Below are positions 46,432 to 61,252 of a stretch of 64,000 nucleotides of DNA, in pieces. Below the pieces are notes generated by a model. It was not told where the DNA came from. It made no database searches and saw nothing but the letters and a program-made list of their open reading frames with translations. The position numbers and the translations under genes were made by a program. Each line of letters begins with the position of its first letter. The first letter of the stretch is position 1. Source of the DNA: the human T2T-CHM13v2.0 reference genome, Homo sapiens. The stretch lies in NCBI RefSeq assembly GCF_009914755.1, contig NC_060926.1; one strand, written 5' to 3'.

Positions 46432-46830
46432 TGAGGGAGAGACTACAATTTGTCTCCTCAAATTCATTCTCTCCTTATTTGCTTGGGCATGTGGCTAGCC
46501 AACACTTCCTAGATATCTTTGCATTCAGAGGTGGTCAACGTGAAATAAAGTAATATATGCCATTTCTGGGCCTGGGCTTTTATGAAAAGTGGAATGACTT
46601 CTCTACATTATCTTTCCCTTTCTGCCAAGTGTTATGAGGTCTTAGGAGATGGCAGGACTGCAAGATGGAAAGCGTCTAGGTCCGTTAAAAACAGTGTGGA
46701 GCAAAGCTGCCTGATCACTTCTAACATTTACCCAAAACAGTTACATATGGGGAAACATTCTTCTATTACACTGAATCATTATATGTTTAGATCTGTTTTT
46801 GTAGCAGCTTAGCCTACCCTAACAAATACA
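46432..46830 (+). mobile_element. MaLR LTR (MLT1-like), internally deleted
   Basis: aattcattctctcc; gcaagatggaaagcgtctaggtcc..gtggagcaaagctgcc; ends ttgtagcagcttagcctaccctaacaaataca. Confidence 0.65.
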
Positions 46831-47044
46831 GTATCTTGGATTCAACAATCTCTCCTTTGGGAAACTTCTCTGCAGATATAGTCCTACATGTGTTCAAAGA
46901 GGTATGTGTGTATGCATGTGTGTACAGTGCACTATACTGAACAGTGAAAAATAGGAAACTGCTTAGGTGCATACCAGTGCGGAGAGATTAAATAAATTAT
47001 TTGCATTTTCAATTCGTAGAATGCTACTCAGTTTTAAAATGATT

Positions 47045-49160
47045 AGGGAAAGGAAGAAATACATAGATGTTTACAGATGACATGAACATCTATGTAGAAA
47101 ATCTAAAAGAATCAATTAAAAAAAACTCCTGGAATCAACAAGCGATTATAGCAAGATTGTAGGATATGAGGTTAATATATAATATCAATTGCTTTCCTAT
47201 GCACTAGCAATGAACAAGTGGTATTTGAAATTAAAAACACAATAACATTTACATTAGCACTCCTTAAAGTAAAATACTTAGGTACATATAAATCTAACAA
47301 AATATGTGCAAGATTTCTATGAGGAAAATTTTTAAATTCTGACAAAAGAAATCAAGGAAAAACCAAATAAACGGAGAGATATTCCATGTCATGGATGCAA
47401 AGACAATACAAGATGTTAGTTCTTCCCAATTTCATCTGTAAACTAACTCAATGCAATCCCAATCAAAATCCCAGCAAGTTATTTTGAGGATATTGACACT
47501 CATCCTAAAGTTTATACAGATTAGCAAAAAAACACAGAATAGCAACATACTATGGAAGGAAAAGAGCAAAGTTAGAGGTCTGACATTAGTTGACCTCAAG
47601 ACTTACTATAAAGCTTCAGTAATCAAGAGAGTAGTGTGGTATTGGTGAAAGAACAAACAGGTCAATGGAACAGGGTGGAAATCACAGAAATAGACCCACA
47701 TAGATAGTAAACTGATCTTTGACAAAAGAGCAAGGACAATGCAGTGGAGAAAAGACACTCTTTTCAATAAATGGCACTGGAAAAACTGGACATCCACATG
47801 GAAAAAATGAATATAGATACAGACCTCACCTTCTTCACAAAAATTAATCTGAAATAGATCACAGAGCTAAATGTAAAACATAAAACTATAAAATTCCTAG
47901 AAGATAATACAGGAGAAAATCTGACGGCCTATGGTTTGATGATGACATTTTAGATAATACACAAAAGGCATAATTCATGAAAGAAAGAGTTGATAAGCTG
48001 GACTTCATTAAAATTAAAAATTTCTGCTCTGTGAACGACAAGCCACAGACTGGGAGAAAATATTTATCAGATATAGATATATCTGATAAAGGACTGTTTT
48101 ACAAAATATACAGAGAGCTCTTCAAACCCAACAATAAGAAAACAATCAATCAATTAAAAGATGGGCCAAAGACCTTAACAAACACATAACAAGCAAGATA
48201 CACAGACTGCAAATAAGCATATTTAAAAATGCTCCACATCATGTCATCAGGGAAACGCAAATTAAAATTAAAATAACAATGAGATACCACTACAAACCTA
48301 TTAGAATGGCCAAAATCCAGAACACTGGCAACATCAAATGCTGATGAAGATGTTTTAAAGCAAGAGAAACTCTCATTCATTGCTGGTGGGAACATAACAT
48401 GGTATAACATTTTTGGAAGACAGTTTGGCAGTTTCTTAGAAAACTAAATATACTCCTACCATATGATTCAGGAATTATGTTCCTTGGCATTTGATCCAAA
48501 GGAGTTGAAAACTGATGTCCATACAAAAACCTGCACAAGGTTATAGTAGCTTTATTCATAAATGCCACAATTTGGAAGCAATCAAGATGTCCTTCAATGG
48601 ATAAAACTGTGGTACATCGAAACAATGAAATATTATTTAGTACTAAAAATAAATGAACTATCAAGTCATGAAAAGACATGGAAGAAAGTTAAATGCATAA
48701 TACTAAATGAAAGAAGCCAAGCTGAAAAGGCTACATATTGTATTATTCCATATTACAGGACATTCTGGAAGAGGTAAAACTATAAAGGCAGTAAAAAGAG
48801 CAGTGGTTGCAAGGAGTTGGGGAGATGGAGGGATATATAGCGGATACACAATAAAGATAATTTTTAGGGCAGTAGAAATATTCTGTATGATACTATAATG
48901 GTGGATACATGTGATTACACATTTGTCCAAACCACTAGAATGTACAACACCAAAAGTGAACTGTAATATAAATGACGGACTTTGGGCGCCTATAGTGTAA
49001 GTTCATCCACTGTAACAAATGTACCACTCTGGTGGGAGATGTTGATAATTAGGCAGACTATCTATGTGTGGAGGCAAGGAATATATGGGAAATCTCTGTA
49101 CCTTCTGTTTAATTTTGCTGTGAACCTAAAACTACCCTAAAAATACTGTCTATTAAAAAA
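47045..49160 (+). mobile_element. L1MC-like element, about 2.1 kb (ORF2 3' part plus 3'UTR)
   Basis: ttacagatgacatga..tatgtagaaaatc; ORF2-like peptides (GLTLVDLKTYYKASVIKRVVWYW); ends ttttgctgtgaacctaaaact. Confidence 0.9.
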
Positions 49161-49310
49161 CAGTTTGGTGTATCTATGTGAATAGGTATAAAATGATATC
49201 TATGAAATACCCTCTTAAAGAGAAAAACAAGTTTAAAAGTACATTATGAGTCTATTTATTATTTTTAAAACACCCTCAAAATATATACATATTTTTAAAA
49301 TATATAGAAA

Positions 49311-49311
<1 letters not shown>

Positions 49312-49359
<48 letters not shown>
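49312..49359 (+). repeat. (CA)24 microsatellite
   Basis: direct read. Confidence 0.97.
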
Positions 49360-49361
<2 letters not shown>

Positions 49362-49439
49362 GCCTAGAAAAAAAATCTTGAAAGATATATACATCAAAAA
49401 ATTACTAGTACCCAAATTGTGGCCTTCAAATATCATTTC

Positions 49440-50750
49440 ACACTAAAAGAGATTAGATTGCCCTGGACAAATGACTGATACCTACTTGGGGAAGTAATAC
49501 ACAAAATGAGCCTGGACAGCTTGTCGTACCAAATAGCAAAGTAACTATCAAAGACTACTAGGATCATGTCAAAAGGACTTAAGAACAACTTGAAGAAGCT
49601 CCTAATAGTCAGAGAAAAGACTGTGCAATTATAATGACTAAAATGTCCAGAAGCACTCATCTAAATCCATGGTATGTAAAACAAACAAACCTGAGCCACT
49701 AATCAATTACCAATGAAGGATGCTAAGGAATTCTTGGCATTTTTTTTTTTAAACCTGGAAATAACGGAAAAGACTTCAGCATCTTATCCTACTTTTCTTA
49801 TATGAACCATACCACTCAGTAACTAACCAGGAGAAGAGAAGTTTTTCTTTATAGGTATTCTAGCTAAGAAACAAAGAAAGAATGACAGAATTCAAATGCA
49901 ACCCTACTATAATCCCTATGAATCAAGCACCTAGTTATTGAGCATGAATAACTGCTGATATCACGAAAAGAGAGAGACAAGCAGACATTCTGTCACTGTG
50001 ATGAAAGACAACAGTACCACTCATGAAGTAATTGCCAAAACAACAAAATTGAATGTGAATTTAACCAAACCTCTAGATCCAACTACCAACTTACAAGAAA
50101 TACAGAGGATAAAGCAACAAGTTGTACTACACCATGGCAGACAAACAACAAAATCTAGATCATGGAAAATGCTACAGGACAAAACACTGGTTTCTTCACT
50201 TAAAAAAATGGCAAGAAGAAAAAGAGAAGGGAAACAGGGAAACAGAAAAGGCAGGAAGAAGGAGGGAGGGAGAGGGAAGAGGGGAAGGAGAAAGGAAGGG
50301 AGAGGGAAAGAAAGAGTGAGAAAGAACTCACAGAGACAGGGAGACAGCCTCGAGACTTTAAAGATATAAACCAATCACCATATGTGGACTTATTTGGATC
50401 CTGATTAAAAAATAATTTATTTAAAAAACACAATATTTGAGACTATTGGTAAATTGAACACTGGATAATTGATATTAAAAAGCTATTTTTAATTTTTTAT
50501 ATGTGATAATGATATTGTCATTATGTTGTAGAGGGAAAAGAATTATCCTATTTTTTCAACACATCTTGTGATATTTACAAATGAAATGATGCAGAGTTTT
50601 GAATTTGCTTCAAAACGAAAATTAAAGCCAAGAACCAAATGGGAGTTTAGTCATGTGGTGACGGTAGCTAGGGGCAGGAAACAGATAAAGAGTACCTCAT
50701 GATGTTCTTCTGTCTGCTTTTACATAAATCTGAAATTCTCCATAATAAAT
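49440..50750 (+). mobile_element. Old L1M 3'UTR fragments with internal GA-rich tract (50210-50345)
   Basis: ctctagatccaactaccaacttacaagaaatacagagga; tgtggacttatttggatcctgatt; atatttacaaatgaaatgatg. Confidence 0.65.
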
Positions 50751-51099
50751 GATAGACAATCTTAGCAAAGATGTTACCAAGATGTTCGGCCCTGAGATAG
50801 CCATTAATATTTTGTCAGATATGAATAAAAGTTAGACATGCTTGCAAGTCACTTATTCTCAAGATTCTAAGACTATAAACCTTAATCCAAACTGAAGTAA
50901 AGGTGACTTTCTATGCAATTTATACTTCATTTGTATCTTGAAAGTATCCTGCCTATTGTTTGCATGAAAAGTTCTATTAAGACATTCTGATTTTAAAGGT
51001 ATATTTGTATTACCTATGAAATTTACTTTTCTGTAATTTCAGTATTAAGTGACATGAATTCATCTGTTAGAAAGTATTGATTTGTGACTCAAATATATT

Positions 51100-52400
51100 T
51101 ATTCTTGATCTCATGGCTTTAAAGTCACTGACACATAAATCATATCTATGTGTCAGTGACTCCAAAATACTAGCTATAGCCTAGACCTCTCACAAGAACT
51201 CCAGATTCAGACATCCAGCTGCCTGCCCATACATCCATCTCTACTTTGACTTCTCATAGGCATTTCAAACTTACAATGTTGAAAGCTAAACTCCTTACCT
51301 GCCCTGAAACCTTCTTTTTCCATAATCACCCTGTCCAGCTGAAGCAAACTCTATCCTCTAGTGCAAGTAGTGGGTAAGAGCACAGACTCTGGGACTAGAG
51401 TGCTCTGGATTTGAATCCTGACTCCACCACTAAGTAATTGTGTGGCTCTGGAGAAACTTCTTAACCTCTTTGTACCTTAGTCCACTCAGCTGTAAAACAG
51501 AAATACTAATAGTACCTTCCTCTTAGGGTTACCCTAGGAATAAATAGCACTTCCTATGAGCCAGGCATTCTGAACACTTCACAACAGTTCATTATCATCA
51601 TTGTTGTTGTTATTCTGGTAGTTCAGGCCAAAAACCTTGGAATCACCTTAAACTATTCTTTCTCTTACACCTAAACAAAATGCTACAGGTCCAGATTCCA
51701 ATCACTTCTCAAAGCACTTCCACCACAACTATACTGGGCCTGCCCCGACCATTTCTCAATGATGGCAACAGCTTTCAAAAGGTTCTCCCTGCTTCTGCCT
51801 TTGCCTGCTCGCCCACAGTCTGTTTTGCACATGGCAGAGTGATTCTTTTAAAACAGAATTTAGATGATGGCACTCCTCTGCTCAAAACCCTCCAGTAACC
51901 TCATGCTTCAGAAGAAAACCCCAAATCCTTACATGGGTGACAAGACCCTTCACCATCTAGCACGGGCTCACTCCCACCCTTTGTCTCAGACCTCACACCT
52001 TACTCACCTCTCTTACTCCTTCCCACTCCTCAAACATATGACATGTGCTCCCACCTCGGGGACTCTGCATTTGCTTTTCCTTCTTTCTGCAAAGTCTTCT
52101 CTCAAATATCTGCATGGCTTACTCCCTTACCTTCTTTAGAAGATGGCTCAAAGGTCTCAGCCTTCCATGACCATCCCATAAGATTGAACCCCTCAACACT
52201 CCCCATCTCTTTCTTGGTTTATCTTTTCCCCATAGCACTTATACTTTCTAACATACTACACAATATACTTATTTGGTGTGCTTAGTATATGGTTCCTTTC
52301 ACTTAAATATAAGCTTCATGACCACAGGGATATTGGCCTGTTTGCCTAAAAAGAGTGTCTGTCTTAAACCAGGAATCAAATATTTATGTAAATCAATAAA
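51100..52400 (+). mobile_element. L2 fragments with nested MIR (about 51365-51545)
   Basis: aggcatttcaaacttacaatg; caggccaaaaaccttggaatca; ctctgctcaaaaccctccagt; MIR ttgaatcctgactccaccac. Confidence 0.8.
51123..51161. repeat. Perfect 15-bp inverted repeat, 9-nt loop
   Basis: agtcactgacacata-aatcatatc-tatgtgtcagtgact. Confidence 0.95.
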
Positions 52401-52546
52401 TTCAATGTTTAAAAGCAGTATGATTTTAAGTATTTCCTCGGTTCCACACTGTTTGAAAAAAATCAAATTTAAAAACCCTTATGAAAAAAATTCACAGATG
52501 TCGCTTTTTCTCAAAATTATAACCAAATCCAAAGAGACTTGTGTCA

Positions 52547-52720
<174 letters not shown>

Positions 52721-53959
52721 CTAATGGAAGGGAAAAAAAGTGATATCCAAACTGTGATCTTTCATATCAAAGTTCTCATAACGCAGAGCAGGCAGAGTAT
52801 GAGCGTTTAATACTTACTTTTCTGTGAGGAGCAGTTATCACTTTTTAAGTTTTTGTCAAAACAAAATTTTAAAACATCACAGAATAATACAAATACATTA
52901 TATAAGCTATTGTGTTTTAAAATTTACTTTTAAATGGCTGAAAAACATGATTAAAGGATAAAATTTTTTAAAATGTTCTCGGAAATACCATAAAATAATG
53001 TTTCCATTTAAAACAAAATTATCTTTTTAGATTAAAATGTTTCCAGGAAATTTTCAAGTAGCATCTAAAATTTTAAGAAATTTTAGAAATTTTGCATCTT
53101 TTTTAAGAAATTATTTTCAGGTTAAAGAATATATGATTTTAAAGAACAAGCAAAATACAGTTCAAACAAATCCCTCTACTTCAACATTTTTCACTTCTAT
53201 GAATTATCTGAAGGAAATAATTGGACAAGACCACAAGGAAGTATATAGATGATATTTATGGCAGAATTGTTTATGTATAAAATAATCCCAAATGTACCTA
53301 GAGGAGAAAATTATAGTATATCTAATTTAATAAAATGTTAAGTAATCATTAAAAATGATGATATAAATTTGTAGACGTAGATTTACTGACATGAAGAGAT
53401 ATTATATATAATAGTTTAACTGGTTATTTCCAATGGTGATGCTCATTTTCTCATTCAGATGTTATTGTATTTTCTGAAAAAAAGTTTTACTATGTTCATG
53501 TATCTCATAGTCAGAAAAAATAAAGCTATAAATATAGTTAGTACATTAAAAAGAGATGATGAGGCAAATTTTTATCAACTAGCTTTTCTTTAAGAGAAGG
53601 AAAATGATCAAGAAAAGTATATGGCCAATTTCTTCAGCAGTGCTATTAGGTAAAACTTGAGGGTAGTGGGCCTGAACACAAGATGTTCAACAGGCTTACT
53701 GTCCACACAAAGTGACAGGAAAAGTGATGTGGAGACATTAACAAAAGTCAAGACATGAATCCTCTCCCCTTCTTTTTTATCCCTCCAAATTACTGCTTAT
53801 CTAGCAGACTTGTTCCCAACATATAATTTCTTTTTGCTGAGTCAAAAAAAAATTAAGGCATTTAGATAGCATCAATGGGGATTGAAGAAAGGGTCCTACT
53901 TAAATATTTCCATCCATCAGTAAGTTCTAATGACTCCTTCAATTGCTCATCCCTCAAAA

Positions 53960-54510
53960 TGTATGTCCGATCATGTTATTTCTCTGTTCAAAACTTTGTA
54001 TTGGCTGCCTGTCTCTCTAATAGAAGGTAGAAGCCAAAGGCCTTACAGAACAGGCCAGGCCCACCACTCCTCCTCACCCCCATCCCACCTTTCTTCCTCA
54101 GGCCTTCACTTCTGTTCTCTTTACTCAACCCACTTTGGCCTCCTTGCTAGCCCTGAATACACCTTAGGGTACCTGAACTCATCATCTCCTCTATTTGAAA
54201 TACTTTCCCCAGATGCCTGCAGGGCTTTAACCCTCACCTCCATAAATGTGTTTGCTCAAATGTCACTTTCTCCGACCACTTCATGTAAAACTGGAAGTTC
54301 ATGCCCTAGCTTTTCCAGCTGTATTTTCCATTATACTTATCACCTTCTAATATACCATATAACTTACTTATTTTGTTTATTGTCTGCCTCCATCAGTAGG
54401 ATATAAGCTCCATAAAAACAAGAGGTTTTCTCTTGCTCAGGGTTTCTAATATCTAGAGGGATGCCTCACATACATAAGACACATAATAAATGCTGAGGAA
54501 AGAATGTGTG
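53960..54510 (+). mobile_element. L2 3' fragment
   Basis: gatcatgttatttctctgttcaaaac; tttgctcaaatgtcactttctc; taggatataagctcca; explains ORF 53930..54406. Confidence 0.75.
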
Positions 54511-54754
54511 AACCAAAACAACAACAACAATTAACAGTTACAGCTGATCCAGGATTCAGGAACTCTGGCAGGGAATACATTTCTCTAGTGTATTGCTCAT
54601 TGTCCTACACAAATGCCAGTCCACCTTACAGCTGTGAGCTGACAACAGTATCATGAAAATTATCAACTTTTTTGAGCTACTTGGTTTTGTCAGGTTTCAA
54701 ATATATTATGAATATATTTTGAAACATGATTTATTTACCCTAACTCCAACTCAC

Positions 54755-54877
54755 CTTACCCAGCAGAGCAAAAGTATCATTCCCATCTTGGAGTCCCTCT
54801 TCAAAATACTTCAGTGCTTTTTTAGTGTAAGGCTCTTTTCCTCTTGTAATATCAAGCCATGCTTTCAAAACGTGTCC
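54755..54877 (-). CDS. TTC21B: TTC21B exon 5 (123 nt, [11 protein letters not shown]...ALLGK)
   Basis: tacag|GGACAC acceptor, AAG|gtgagt donor. Confidence 0.96.
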
Positions 54878-57035
54878 CTGTAAAATGAATAATTCTATTT
54901 TTACTTTTTTAGAAATGAAAGAAATAAATGTTAATGAAAGAGCCTAATGTCATTTTTCTGGCAATTAATAACAAAAAGGACTCTATCAAATATGTTATGA
55001 ACAATAAAATTCTGTTAGTGAAATCACTTTTGAACCCTTGCCAGCCTAGTGTCTTGGGAACTATACTACAAATTTCAGCCTTTAACATTACTATTAAGCT
55101 CAATATTAAAATTAAGAAGCTTATCAAATATTCCATTAGTGTTAAAACCATTATTTTCTCTGAGACTTTGCTAGTAATTGACAATTAATAACACTTAAAC
55201 ATGAAATTCAATATATAGATGATAATTTGTTGTTTCTTTTTGGACAAACCGTCTAAATGAACTAAGATGAAATAACAGAAGAAGCCTTGCTTCACATATC
55301 TTAAAGATTCAGATAATCTGGCAACAATCTTCTTAACCTCTTTGATTAGTCCATTGAATTTCAAATGACAGGTGGATAGCCTGAGAAATTATAAACTGAA
55401 GAACTCATGGATATTTATCTTTACACATGTTAGTGGGCCGATGGGTTGTAAGACATATGGGATTGAAAACAAGATAAAAACTGGTTATTTTTCTCTTTAA
55501 GGTCAAATAAAAAACTGTGAAATGTGCTTTTTCTATTAAAAAAATCTAGGTTAACTGACAAATTTATAAACCTTTAACTAAGACTATATTTACCTCCCTG
55601 TATTTCACCCGAAAATACAAATAAGGATCTTAACCAATGCTATGTGCTAAATCAGTGCCATCATTGAATGGTTTTAACTATTGTCTCTGTGTGGATGATT
55701 CCCAACCTATATTTCTAGCCGAAAACCTCTTCTAAATTTTTCTTTTTCCAGAAATTCATCTGCTATCTCCATCTTACTGTTCTGCCAGCACCAGAAATAC
55801 AGCATGTCTTAAGACAAATAGATCACTTCCCTTTAAGATTAGTTTCTTATGCCAATGTATTTTCTATTTATGCTAACTGGTCTCTAATTTTTTTAGGCTT
55901 AAAGCCTCAAAGACATCCTAATACGTGACAACTTGTTATCTTTCTAAACTATTATCAGTTCACAGGTCCTGTGGGTATTTAAAAATTTTGAACTTTGTAC
56001 TCACTGTACAATATTTTAGTGTAGTGCCTCAAAACCTTCCACAAGGAAGTACTATCTTTTTCTTTTCACTGCATTTCAGTTTATTCTCAAGCCACTTCAT
56101 CCAAGAAACCATTGTCTAATTAATCTTCTGGATTTGCACTCTAATAAAATCACTACCATAGTTAAAAGTCTTCAATAGCCTCTCAATGCATGTCAATCAG
56201 ATACAAATATTTTTAACTAGCAGTCAAGATCCTTCAATTTGTCTCAAGTTACCTCTCCAAGCTTTTCTTCCCTTCTCGTTATCAACGTATCCTGTATTCC
56301 ATCAAATATGAGTATCTTAGTGTACCCTCAAGTAACATGTCTCATTTCCATCTATTATTTCTCACCTTGGGAGTACCTACTTCCCTTTCCCATAATCTTT
56401 GCCTGTTGAAATTGTATCCATCTTTCAGGTTTTAGCTCAAATGCTAGTTCCTTCAAAAAAATTCTTTCACATTCTCTTAACACTTAAGCGTGTGATCTCT
56501 CCTTAATTTAAAACAGTGCCTAGCACAAAGTAAGCAAGCAATAAATGTTAGCTATTATTTTCTTGCATACTTTAATCACATATCTCTCATATCATCTATC
56601 ATTTTTCTCACAATATTAGCTGGGGATGTGCTCTATGCACTACTGGGTTATTCATTCATGAAAGCAAAGTTTATGTATTATTTTCCTTTGCATTATTAAC
56701 AGTACAAATAATGGTACCTTGTATCTAGAGCTGTTCAATAAGGAGAGAGGGAGAAAGGAAAGGACAAAATATGGAGGGAAGGAAAAAAAGGTAGAGAAAA
56801 AGAAAGAGAAAAACAGAGAGAAGGAACCAGGCAGGGATCTTTGAAGACTCAGTAGCATAAAACTAACCTTAGAGAATTCCTATTCTACAATACACTATTA
56901 ACCATATGGATAACCATAAATGGGTTAAAATAAAGCTGTTATTTACAAACTGGCAATAGAGTGAACAATAATAAAGAGCTAAATCACAGATACTACTGGA
57001 TATATCAATAACATAAGCATTTTTTAATGTTATTA

Positions 57036-57245
<210 letters not shown>

Positions 57246-57575
57246 TTAAATAAAAATTAAATTCTGGATCAGGTATTTATAATAGGTCAGATAATTAACA
57301 AGGCAAAAAATTTACTTCTCTCTATAGTGGTACTAATAGAAATAAAATGCAAGCCATATATGTAACTTAAAATTTTCTAGTAGCACTATCAAAGAAATAG
57401 AAAGAAACAATTAAAATTAATCTTAATGTTTTATTTAGCCCAATATATCTAAGATATAATTTCAATGCATCATTGACATAAAAATTAATGAGATATTTTG
57501 CATGCTCTTTCCTTACTAACTGTGAAATCTGGTATTTCATAATAACAGCACATCACAATTAAGATGCTAAATTTT

Positions 57576-57892
<317 letters not shown>

Positions 57893-58054
57893 TTATTTAA
57901 AAATACTTGATTTGTAGTTTTCATAAAACTTATGGCTGAAAAGCAGATTTTTAGACTCAAGTTACTCCTAAATAAGTTTTCTAATAACTGAATCAAGTAT
58001 CATTTTTAAGTTTAAAAAGTAAATTAATTAGAATTAAATAAAATTTCAAATTCA

Positions 58055-58356
<302 letters not shown>

Positions 58357-58672
58357 GTATATGGTTAAGGATCACTGTAATGCACAATATAGCTATAGAG
58401 TTTACATCATTCCCAAAATAGAAAGGCTATATATACTAATATTTTTTAATAATAAGACTTATAAAAATGTATAATGGTTCTAACCACAATTATTAGGAAC
58501 AGGTCCAGTACTGGTACTCAACGTATTAATAATTCTTAAATACAATTCTAAAATATATAAACATGCCAGCTACTGTTATGGGTCAGTAAAAAGATGGCAT
58601 AATTGCTGTTATAGTTTAATACTGACTGCTCCCTTAAATAGATAACTCTATTCACTTACATTAAGTCTATAC

Positions 58673-58719
58673 ACTCTCTCTCTCTCTCTCCCCTCCCCCA
58701 TATATATATATATATATAT
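58673..58719 (+). repeat. (CT)n..(AT)n compound microsatellite
   Basis: direct read. Confidence 0.85.
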
Positions 58720-60240
58720 TAGTATCTGCTTAGGACACAGAAGTCAATTACACCCAAACCCTGGATGGAATCAGAATCAGAATCAGCCATGCAATGAGGA
58801 AGAAGAAATGTAAGTTGCGGCCTGTGATTCCAACAGTTCTCTTTCTGGAATGGCTACCAAGAGAAAGGTATGTGACTCTTCCTTTCAACTCTAATGATAC
58901 AAATTTAAATGTGAAATTAACAAGGTACAATCTAATGAGTGAAGGAAACAAAACTGTTTCTGTAAGTCTACAGATTGCTTAGCAAGAAGACCCTTTTCTC
59001 CTCTCCCCACTCCCCACCCCTACAACCCCTTCAGAAGTGTTCATTAAACAGCCATGATACAGAAACAGAAATAAGAAAACAAACAAACAAAAAAAACAAC
59101 CACCAGGCAGAAGCAGGCATTGTACAGGAAATCTTTCCTACTCAGATTTCCATCACGTCCCTAATGAGGTATCAATCAGCTCTAACACCGTCTGCACAAA
59201 GTTGTTGAAAGATCGCAGCCTTTTTATAAGCAGGGTTTATTTACATCAGCATCCTGGAAGGAATGTATACTAACAATCTAGGACTTTCCTAGGCAGTATT
59301 TACAGACATCTGGGCCCCTACTAGAGCTCAAGTCCATTCAGCATCATCCTTGGTGCAAAGCAGAGTTAGCACTCAGGTTCCTCTGAACAGTATTTCTGAT
59401 TCTGTCATTTCAGTGTCCTGCAAATCACAGTGTCCAACAGAATCAACACTGGTAAGAATAACCAATTAAATAAAAACTTGATTCTAATAATAAATTATTT
59501 TGTACTAATTTCTTCAATCTATACTAACTACAGCTCTCCCATGAAAATTTTCTGCTCTAGCTAAACACACTCCCACTGGAGTACGGAGAAAGGGGATCCA
59601 CAGAAGAGCCTAATCCTGAACCACTTCCATGTATTTGCCCATCCATTTCTCCTCTCTGGCCAATACTCTTCATATTCAAATTCTACCAGTCCTTCAAAGA
59701 TCAGATTAAGTTCCAAAATTTCAAAAGCCTTCTCAGCCTACTCTTACAGCTGAATAGTGCATACCAACTTCAATTAATTATAAACTCATTTGTTTCATTT
59801 TGTATTATTTAATAGAAACATTGGAATTTAATCTTTGTGTTTTTTACATTTTGTTTTCTCCACTAGATTACCAACTTGATGACATGAACCACTTATTAGA
59901 ATTCTTTTGTAGCTTGTAACTGTATTAGGCACAGTTTCTTGAAGAAATTAAGCACATATTTACATGTTTTAAATAACTTTGTATTGATTTGCATATGTAT
60001 GAAGGAGGTATGTCATACTTGGCTTTAGAAAAAAGTCTCGTCTAATATTCAAGGAACCAGTCTGTGACCTTTGTTTATTATGTAATTTTTTGAAACACAA
60101 TCTATATTTACAATCCTATTAGCTGTTACTGGATATATATTTATGGAAGAATATAACACTACTTCTTCTTTATTACATACAATTTGGATACTCTTCTGCC
60201 TTCGCCATTAACTATACATTAAGACAGTTCACATAACTTT

Positions 60241-60380
60241 ATTTTTTATTTTCTGTTTTTTTTTAGAGATGGAGGTCTAACTATGTTGCCCAGGCTGGCC
60301 TCGAACTCCTGGGCTCAAGTAATCCTTCACCTCAGTCTCTCAAGTTGCAGGGATTACTGGCTTGAGCCACTGTGCCTGGC
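60241..60380 (-). mobile_element. Free left Alu monomer (FLAM)
   Basis: single arm plus T tail; degenerate 15-bp TSD agttYacaYaacttt. Confidence 0.88.
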
Positions 60381-60898
60381 AGTTTACACAACTTTAATTG
60401 CTGGTTTATGTATAAATTTCCTTCTATAATCTAGTCAGAATCTAGTCAACCTACTACTGCATAAAAATTTGCTGAATATCTCCCAAGAGCTAGCCCTCAT
60501 AAAGGGTTTTAAGGCTCTCAATAAGCTTAATATACAGAAATAAACTGCATTGGCTGTATATTTGCACAAAAGTTGTAAACTTGGCTGCTGCAGAGCAATT
60601 TATGTACATACGGTACCTGTTTCTTTGGCTGTCCTTTTTTTGTGTAACAATTACTAATATACATTCCCTTTTATCTAAAAAAATCCCTATGTACTAATGA
60701 AACCTCTGCCAGAGGATATAAGGAACACGAAAATAGTATAAGACACATTTCTTGTGCCTGATGAATTTACACCCTTGTCAGGAAGATAAACATATGTATA
60801 AATTGTACCTACAGAAAATACATAATATAGTGTGATCAGACTGAATGACTTGGTAACTGAGAAAAATAAAAATAAACTGAATAGGAAAAAATGTCCTA

Positions 60899-61039
<141 letters not shown>

Positions 61040-61114
61040 TCAAGATTATGATATGAAAAACTGTTCTTAGTGCAAAGCAAGAATTTAAAACTGATGGAAC
61101 ATGTTTAATGATTA

Positions 61115-61252
<138 letters not shown>

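Noticed and set aside
47045-49160. L1 ORF2-like peptides as an active element
   Set aside because: Fragmented by stops and frameshifts, 5'-truncated, old subfamily
49998-50433. Four overlapping ORFs on both strands
   Set aside because: Caused by a stop-poor GA-rich low-complexity tract within old L1 sequence
53930-54406. Longest ORF in the track (158 aa, + strand)
   Set aside because: Lies in a decayed L2 3' region; Ser/Leu-rich with no recognisable domain
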